A DNA stretch of 64,000 nucleotides, from positions 224,001-288,000 of the forward strand of contig CAVUZH010000018.1 in assembly GCA_963745835.1 (NCBI GenBank), in the 5' to 3' direction. This document shows, one piece after another, positions 57,983-64,000 of this stretch. A program made the position numbers and the translations under genes. Each line of letters begins with the position of its first letter. Position 1 is the stretch's first letter. This DNA comes from an uncultured delta proteobacterium. GTDB lineage: Bacteria > Desulfobacterota > Binatia > UBA9968. The notes below the pieces were generated by a model. The model was not told where the DNA came from. It worked only from the letters and a program-made list of their open reading frames with translations, and did no database searches.

Positions 57983-58220
57983 ATGAAAAATACACGAGAT
58001 TTGGGGTTAGCGTTGCTAAATAGCAAGCGCGCTGATCGGTGCACCGATTTCCGCGCAGGAGAAGGGTGGGACGAAGGATGAGAAGGGCATGACAAAGGAC
58101 GAGAAAGGGATGATGAAGGATGACAAGGACACGATGATGAAAGACAAAATGAAAGCCGAAAAGAAGGGTCAGGCCGGAAAGACAGATGATAAGATGAAGA
58201 TGAACGAGAAAAAGCAATAG
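57983..58220 (+). pseudogene. secreted Met/Lys/Asp-rich (MXKDX-like) small protein with a +1 frameshift
   Basis: GAGGAGG RBS; deleting one A near 58018 gives 78 aa: MKNTRDLGLALLIASALIGAPISA-QEKGGTKDEKGMTKDEKGMMKDDKDTMMKDKMK... Confidence 0.7.
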
Positions 58221-58358
58221 CATCGGCTCTTGCTTTGCCGGTATCGGTTTCTGGACGCGGTGCGCGTCGGGCAACCGAGTCCAGGCACCGTCTTGCGTCC
58301 TACTCGGGAAGATGATTTTGTTTCAACCACCGTTTCTGTGCCGAACTGAGGGGACGAT

Positions 58359-59549
58359 ATGGAAGAGAAGAATGTTAGTGCAATCGACGGAACGAGCGAC
58401 AATGTTGAAGCCGCAGTGCTGCAGCGTTACGGCAACGCGGCGCAAGAGGTCGAAGCCTGTTTGTGCCTGCCGGTCAGCTACGACCAAGCTCTATTGAACG
58501 TCATCCCTGACGAGATCATCGAAAGAGACTACGGCTGCGGCGATCCCACCCGGCACGTCCGCCAAGGTGAGACCGTGCTCGATCTGGGCTCGGGCAGCGG
58601 CAAAGCCTGCTACATCATCGCTCAGATCGTCGGCGCTGAGGGCAAAGTCATTGGCGTGGATTTCAATCCGCCTATGCTCGATCTCGCGCGCAAATACCAA
58701 AAGTCGATCGGCGATCAGCTCGGTTATCATAATGTCGAGTTTCGCCGCGGTAGAATTCAGGATCTTAGAACTAATCTGGAGCTAATCGATCTATTCTTGC
58801 AGGAAAACCCGGTGCGATCGGTGGCGGATCTCGCGCGCTTGGAAAGCTTTCAGCACACGGTTCGTGATGAACAGCCTTTGATCGCCGATGAGTCCATCGA
58901 CGTGATCGTTTCCAATTGTGTCCTCAACCTGGTTCGGCCGAACGATAAGAAATCTCTGTTCGCCGAGATGTACCGCGTGCTTAAGCATCGCGGCAGAGTC
59001 GTGATTTCGGATATCGTCAGCGATGAGCCGGTGCCGGAACATCTGGCCAAAGATCCTGATCTATGGAGCGCGTGCGTTGCCGGCGCTTTTCTTGAAGATG
59101 AGTTTCTGCGCGCCTTCGAAGAAGCGAAGTTTTACGGCATTCACATCGAAGAGCTCCGCAGCGAGGCTTATCAGACCGTCGAAGGCATCGAGTTTCGCTC
59201 TATCACAGTGACTGCTTACAAGGGAAAAGAAGGTCCGTGCGACGAGCGGAACCAGGCAGTCGTTTACCGCGGCCCGTGGAAGCAAGTGGTCGATGACGAC
59301 GGCCACACGCTGGAGCGCGGCGCGCGCATCGCGGTTTGCGACAAGACGTTCAAGCTCTATTCCCAGCCACCGTATCAGGACCAGTTCATTCTGCTACCGC
59401 CGCGGCAAGAAGTTCCGCTCGATGAAGTCGGTCCATTCGATTGCTCGCGCGAACATAAGCGCCATCCGCGCGAGACCAAAGGCGTTGGGTACAAAGTTAC
59501 CAGCGCCGCCGCAAGCGCCAGCACGCCGGGCTCGGCGTGCTGTCCATAG
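58359..59549 (+). CDS. arsM: arsenite methyltransferase-like SAM methyltransferase
   Basis: ACLC, YGCG, LDLGSGSG, SNCV and WSACVAGA cysteines; C-terminal CC. Confidence 0.75.
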   Translation: MEEKNVSAIDGTSDNVEAAVLQRYGNAAQEVEACLCLPVSYDQALLNVIPDEIIERDYGCGDPTRHVRQGETVLDLGSGSGKACYIIAQIVGAEGKVIGVDFNPPMLDLARKYQKSIGDQLGYHNVEFRRGRIQDLRTNLELIDLFLQENPVRSVADLARLESFQHTVRDEQPLIADESIDVIVSNCVLNLVRPNDKKSLFAEMYRVLKHRGRVVISDIVSDEPVPEHLAKDPDLWSACVAGAFLEDEFLRAFEEAKFYGIHIEELRSEAYQTVEGIEFRSITVTAYKGKEGPCDERNQAVVYRGPWKQVVDDDGHTLERGARIAVCDKTFKLYSQPPYQDQFILLPPRQEVPLDEVGPFDCSREHKRHPRETKGVGYKVTSAAASASTPGSACCP

Positions 59550-59657
59550 AAGACAGGCAGGGAAGCAAGGAGAAGGAAGACAGGGAGACAACGCGAGCAT
59601 ATGATCTTACCTTCCTCTCCCACCACGGGAGAGGATCAAGGTGAGAGTGATCTTTTT

Positions 59658-60611
59658 ATGCAACCCTTTTCCCATAAGATCCATCCTAGGAACGGCTTGA
59701 GCCGTCGCGCCATCGACACCCTGCAGGTAAACCTGGGCCGTTACTGCAATCTCGCCTGCATTCATTGCCATGTCGAATCGGGTCCGACCCGCACAGAAAT
59801 GATGAACCGGGAAACGGTCGATGCCGTGCTGCGATTTCTCGCCAGCTCGAATATTTCGGCTCTCGATATCACTGGCGGCGCGCCGGAGCTAAACCCGAAT
59901 TTCGACTATCTTGTTGAATCCGCGGTCGGTCTGGGGCGACACGTCATGGATCGCTGCAACCTGACCGTGATCTTCGAGCCTGGAAAAGATTATCTTCCTG
60001 AGTTTTTCAAGCGCCATGGCGTGGAACTCATCTGTTCGCTGCCCTGCTATTCCGAAGAGAACGTCGATCGCCAGCGCGGCAAGGGTACCTTCGAGTTGAG
60101 TATCCGCGCATTGCAAATGCTCAACGCGATTGGTTACGGCAGGGACGCTAATTTAGTTCTGAATTTGGTCTACAATCCGGTGGGCCCGCACTTGCCGCCG
60201 GCCCAGGAAAAGCTCGAACAAGATTATAAAGAGATTCTTAACGAGCAGTTTGGCGTCGTCTTCAATCAGCTTTTCTGTCTCACCAATATGCCGATCACGC
60301 GTTACGCGACGCATCTTAAATTGCGCGGCGAGTACGACTCTTACATGAACCTCCTCGAGAGCAGCTTCAACCGGTCAACGCTCGAACAGGTGATGTGCCG
60401 CAATCTTATCAGCATAGGCTGGGAAGGCCTGGTATACGATTGCGATTTCAACCAGATGCTCGATCTGCCTCTGACCGACAATGATGGAAACCGGTTGAAC
60501 ATTGCGTCGCTGACGGTTGAGCAGGTTGCCTGCCGAAAAATTATCATTGGCAATCACTGCTACGCCTGTACGGCCGGAGCGGGCAGCAGTTGTGGCGGCA
60601 CGCTGGTTTAA
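59658..60611 (+). CDS. arsS: arsenosugar biosynthesis radical SAM protein ArsS family (Cys form)
   Basis: LQVNLG..CNLACIHCHV, DITGGAPE, VMCR, YDCDFNQ, HCYACTAGAGSSCGG. Confidence 0.88.
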   Translation: MQPFSHKIHPRNGLSRRAIDTLQVNLGRYCNLACIHCHVESGPTRTEMMNRETVDAVLRFLASSNISALDITGGAPELNPNFDYLVESAVGLGRHVMDRCNLTVIFEPGKDYLPEFFKRHGVELICSLPCYSEENVDRQRGKGTFELSIRALQMLNAIGYGRDANLVLNLVYNPVGPHLPPAQEKLEQDYKEILNEQFGVVFNQLFCLTNMPITRYATHLKLRGEYDSYMNLLESSFNRSTLEQVMCRNLISIGWEGLVYDCDFNQMLDLPLTDNDGNRLNIASLTVEQVACRKIIIGNHCYACTAGAGSSCGGTLV

Positions 60612-60629
60612 AAGGGAAGGAAAGCGACG

Positions 60630-61658
60630 GTGAAGTCCATCCTAGTAGCATTTCTCGCCCTCGCTGTGCTCTTCGCCGGATGCGGCAAACGCACGGAGGA
60701 AAAGAGCGGCGGCGCCAAGACCGTTATTCAATATGACGCGATCCCTAACTACGCGAATTGGGGCGGCGTGACCGAAGCGTACTTCAAGAAAACCGGTGTA
60801 AGGGTGCCGCCGGACATGAAAGGTTCGAGCGCGTCCATGGCCGCCTTGGAAGCCGAAAAGAACAACCCGCAAGCGGACACGGTTTACTACTCGGGCGCGA
60901 TTGGTTATCAAGCCGCAAGCAAAGGGCTGCACCAACCCTACAAGCCTTCGGGATGGGAAAAAATTCCCGATAATCTTAAAGACCCGGACGGCTTGTGGTG
61001 GACCATTCATGCCGCTCACATCGCTTTGCTGGTCAATACTTCGGCGCTCAAGGGTAAGCCGATACCTCGTTCATTCGCCGATCTGCTCAGACCGGAATAC
61101 AAAGGGATGGTTGTCTATGACGATCCGCGCATTCACGGCACCGCTTTTACGTTCGTCTATGGCATCAATCAAGTGTTGGGTGGCGGTTCGGATCTGAGCA
61201 AAGGATTCGATTACTTAAAAAAGCTCCATCCCAATATTCTCAAGTACGCCAAGGAAAACAGTTACAATGATCTCTTGCGCGGCGAGGTGCCGATCTGGAT
61301 TAACGCCGACGGCAACGGCTTGAAGGCCAAGCATGTCGACAACGCGCCGATCGAAACCGTGATACCGGAGGAGGGCGCGATCACGATGCCGCTGGTCATG
61401 GCTCTGGTCAAAGGCGCGCCGCGGCCGGTAGAGGCAAAAAAATACTTGGATTGGCTTCTCGACGAAGAGGCACAGAAGCTTATGGCCGACGCGTTTTTTC
61501 GGCCCGTTATGAACGTCGATTTGCCCGCCGACCTCCAAGCCAAGTTTCTGCCGGCGCAGGCGTATGCCAACACCCTGGTGCCGCCTCTTGCCGAGATGGC
61601 GGCAAAGGCAGATGCCATCAAGAAGCGTTGGGAGGAGGAAGTCGAGAATGGAAGGTAA
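60630..61658 (+). CDS. ABC importer substrate-binding lipoprotein (Fe3+/thiamine/aminophosphonate-type family)
   Basis: Lipobox FAGC; AEKNNPQAD, KDPDG.W. Confidence 0.85.
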   Translation: MKSILVAFLALAVLFAGCGKRTEEKSGGAKTVIQYDAIPNYANWGGVTEAYFKKTGVRVPPDMKGSSASMAALEAEKNNPQADTVYYSGAIGYQAASKGLHQPYKPSGWEKIPDNLKDPDGLWWTIHAAHIALLVNTSALKGKPIPRSFADLLRPEYKGMVVYDDPRIHGTAFTFVYGINQVLGGGSDLSKGFDYLKKLHPNILKYAKENSYNDLLRGEVPIWINADGNGLKAKHVDNAPIETVIPEEGAITMPLVMALVKGAPRPVEAKKYLDWLLDEEAQKLMADAFFRPVMNVDLPADLQAKFLPAQAYANTLVPPLAEMAAKADAIKKRWEEEVENGR

Positions 61659-61679
61659 CGTTCAACTTAAGCCGTTGCT

Positions 61680-62522
61680 ATGAAGCGGGTTCTTTTGCGA
61701 CCCGAGCTTCTGTGCCTGCCGCTGCTCGTCGCCTTTGCCGCTCTGCTGCTTTGGCCCTTGGCTTTACTCTTTTTTGAAAGCGTCGTTAGCGGTGGGAGCG
61801 GAGCCGGGTTTACCTTGCGGCGTTATCTCGACGTGGTAACGATCCCGCGATATCGCGCGGCATTTCTTTGGTCTGTCTGTTTAAGCCTTGCCGTCGCGGT
61901 GTTCTCGACGGTAGCCTGTCTCGCGCCGGCTTGGTTGTTCGTGCGCAAGGAGTTCGCTGGCAAGCGCTGGCTTCGCGGCGCCTTTGCTCTTCCCATGTCT
62001 TTTTCAGGAGTCATCGTTGGTTTCCTGATGATCATCATGCTCGGGCGGTCCGGTTTTATCCCCGAATTGGCGCAGCGCCTCACCGGCGTGCCCTTGTTTT
62101 CGGGCGTCGCCTATCAGATTTCCGGTTTGTTTCTAGCCTATCTTTATTTCGAGATCCCGCGTGCGACCTTGACCCTGGAATCGGCATTGCGCAAATTCGA
62201 CGTCCGGCTCGAGGCAGCGGCAAAATCCCTGGGGGCCAATCGTTGGCAGCGACTCGTCTGCGTGATCCTGCCGACCATCTGGCCGGCTTTGATATCGACC
62301 TTCGCCGTCACCTTTACCGTTTCACTCGGCTCGTTTGGCGCTGCGCTGATTTTATCCACTCGTCAGGTAAATCTTTTGCCGCTGGAGATTTTCACTCAAT
62401 ATCTCGCGGTCCCGTCGGATCGCCCGGCGGCGGCGGCGATGGCCGTGATGTTGACGGGAATAGCCCTGGGAGTTAATTACGGTTTTCGCTCGTGGGTGGA
62501 AAGAGAGATTCCCCGGCGATGA
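61680..62522 (+). CDS. ABC permease
   Basis: Multiple TM helices; LEAAAKSLGA (EAA loop). Confidence 0.9.
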   Translation: MKRVLLRPELLCLPLLVAFAALLLWPLALLFFESVVSGGSGAGFTLRRYLDVVTIPRYRAAFLWSVCLSLAVAVFSTVACLAPAWLFVRKEFAGKRWLRGAFALPMSFSGVIVGFLMIIMLGRSGFIPELAQRLTGVPLFSGVAYQISGLFLAYLYFEIPRATLTLESALRKFDVRLEAAAKSLGANRWQRLVCVILPTIWPALISTFAVTFTVSLGSFGAALILSTRQVNLLPLEIFTQYLAVPSDRPAAAAMAVMLTGIALGVNYGFRSWVEREIPRR

Positions 62523-63344
62523 TCAAGTTCCGTCCACAATTCGAGTTCCTGCTGGTCTACACCGTCACTCTGGGGTTGCTTGCGCTCATCCTTGCTCCCA
62601 TGATCGTCGTTATTCTCGGTTCTTTTTTAAACATGGGGCTCCTCGGAATCACTAGCGACCAATGGTCCGCCGCGCGCCACCAGCTGGTCAGCTTGGACGC
62701 GTTTACATACCTGTTCAGCGTCTATTGGGAGTGGATGTTGTTTAGCATGGAATTGGCGCTGCATATCGGTGATCCTCTGTGTAGTCGTCGCTGTTCCGGC
62801 CGGTTATGCATTGGTTCAACATCCGTTTAGAGGCAGCCGTTTGATCGAAGAGCTCCTTCTCCTGCCTTTGTCGCTGCCCGGCATTGCCATGTCGATCGCT
62901 TTGATCGCCGCCTACAACACGGTTCGCGGCAGGTGGCTGGTCCTGGGCGGCCATTTTCTCTATACGATGCCTTTCATGGTTCGTGTCGTGACCGGAACAC
63001 TGCGCAGCTTCGATGTCACGCTTCTGGAAGCGGCGGCGCAAACTTTGGGCGCCGGTTTCTGGCAACGCATGTGGCATGTGATTCTGCCCCACCTGCGCCA
63101 TTCGCTGGTTCTGGGATCGCTGTTGGTTTTTGCCGTTTCATGGGGCGAATTCAACGTCAGCTACCTTTTGAATGCCGGCCACCCGCAGACCTTTCCAGCA
63201 GCGGTTTTCAACACCTATGCCAATGAAAGCTTTCAACGCTCAAGCGCGGCCACAGTGATTTTTCTCGCAGTCGTGATCCCCATCGTGATCGCCATCCAGT
63301 GGCTTGGCGGCAAATCTTCGGTGGATGTGGAGCAGGGCGCGTGA
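62519..63344 (+). pseudogene. second ABC permease with a +1 frameshift near 62761 (probable error)
   Basis: ATGA overlap start; MELAL/ISVILCVV restored by deleting one base; LEAAAQTLGA. Confidence 0.75.
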
Positions 63345-64000
63345 GCACTCGAATCGAAACCAGGAAACTGTGCAAACGCTATGGTTCGATCGTCGCGGTG
63401 GAGGAGTTCTCTCATATTTTCGCGCCGGGAAGAGTGACCACGATTCTCGGGCCGAGCGGATCGGGAAAAAGCACCACATTGGAGATGCTCGCCGGTCTGG
63501 TCGATCCGGATGCCGGGCGGGTTTACTGCAACGGCGATGACATCACGGAGCTGCCCGCCGATCGCAGAAATTTTGGCATGGTGTTTCAAAGCTACGCGCT
63601 CTTTCCGCATATGACGGTGCTGGAAAATGTCGAGTTCGGATTGCGTGTGCGCCGGATTGAGCTGAGGGAACGGCGCCATCGCGCTGCCCGAGTCCTGGAA
63701 ATGCTTCAGATCGGGCGGTTGGCCGATCGGCGCATACGGCAAATTTCCGGCGGCGAGCAGCAGCGCGTCGCGGTGGCGCGGGCCTTGGCGTTCAATCCGC
63801 AGGTTTTGTTGATGGATGAACCGCTTTCGGCGCTCGACGCCAGATTGCGCGAAACTCTCCGCACCGAGCTCTTTCGCTTGCTCGCCGACCTCGGCGTGAC
63901 AACGATCTATGTCACGCACGATCAGATCGAAGCCATGAGCCTGGGTTATGAACTGATCATTATGAATGCCGGGCGCATCGAACAAGCCGGGCACCCGTTT
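63341..64000 (+). CDS. ABC ATP-binding protein (PotA/FbpC-like), truncated by window edge
   Basis: GTGA overlap; GPSGSGKST, VFQSYALFPH, ISGGEQQR, LLMDEP. Confidence 0.92.
   Translation, partial: MSTRIETRKLCKRYGSIVAVEEFSHIFAPGRVTTILGPSGSGKSTTLEMLAGLVDPDAGRVYCNGDDITELPADRRNFGMVFQSYALFPHMTVLENVEFGLRVRRIELRERRHRAARVLEMLQIGRLADRRIRQISGGEQQRVAVARALAFNPQVLLMDEPLSALDARLRETLRTELFRLLADLGVTTIYVTHDQIEAMSLGYELIIMNAGRIEQAGHPF

Noticed and set aside
59550-59650. Purine-rich low-complexity spacer between arsM and arsS
   Set aside because: Single degenerate occurrence; no defined repeat unit or function supportable

Overview
This is a bacterial chromosomal window. The gene content and intergenic repeats resemble Candidatus Binatia/Deltaproteobacteria metagenomic genomes, which is an inference. 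Most genes encode catabolic enzymes: a Rieske oxygenase with a dihydroxyphthalate decarboxylase-like protein, a Mo-hydroxylase S-L-M, LLM oxidoreductases, amidohydrolases, a fused CoA-transferase III, cyclodeaminases and a cupin. These are interleaved with about 10 mostly orphan ABC substrate-binding proteins. The housekeeping genes are ptsP, ybeY, prfB (programmed +1 frameshift) and a ferredoxin. Highlights: (1) a short BoxB-like di-iron aryl-CoA epoxidase in an operon with a NuoE/NuoF-type diaphorase instead of BoxA/PaaE, preceded by a perfect PaaR-type operator; (2) an AhpD/CMD-family selenoprotein split in the ORF track (CxxU motif plus SECIS-like hairpin); (3) a SigR/SigH-like ECF and Zn anti-sigma pair divergent from a hidden Met-rich secreted peptide, ArsM, ArsS and an ABC importer; (4) a minimal reductive-dehalogenase-like protein; (5) several families of MITE/REP-like repeats and a triplicated gene junction. 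No rRNA, tRNA, CRISPR array or intact transposase was seen. Three +1 frameshifts may be sequencing errors.
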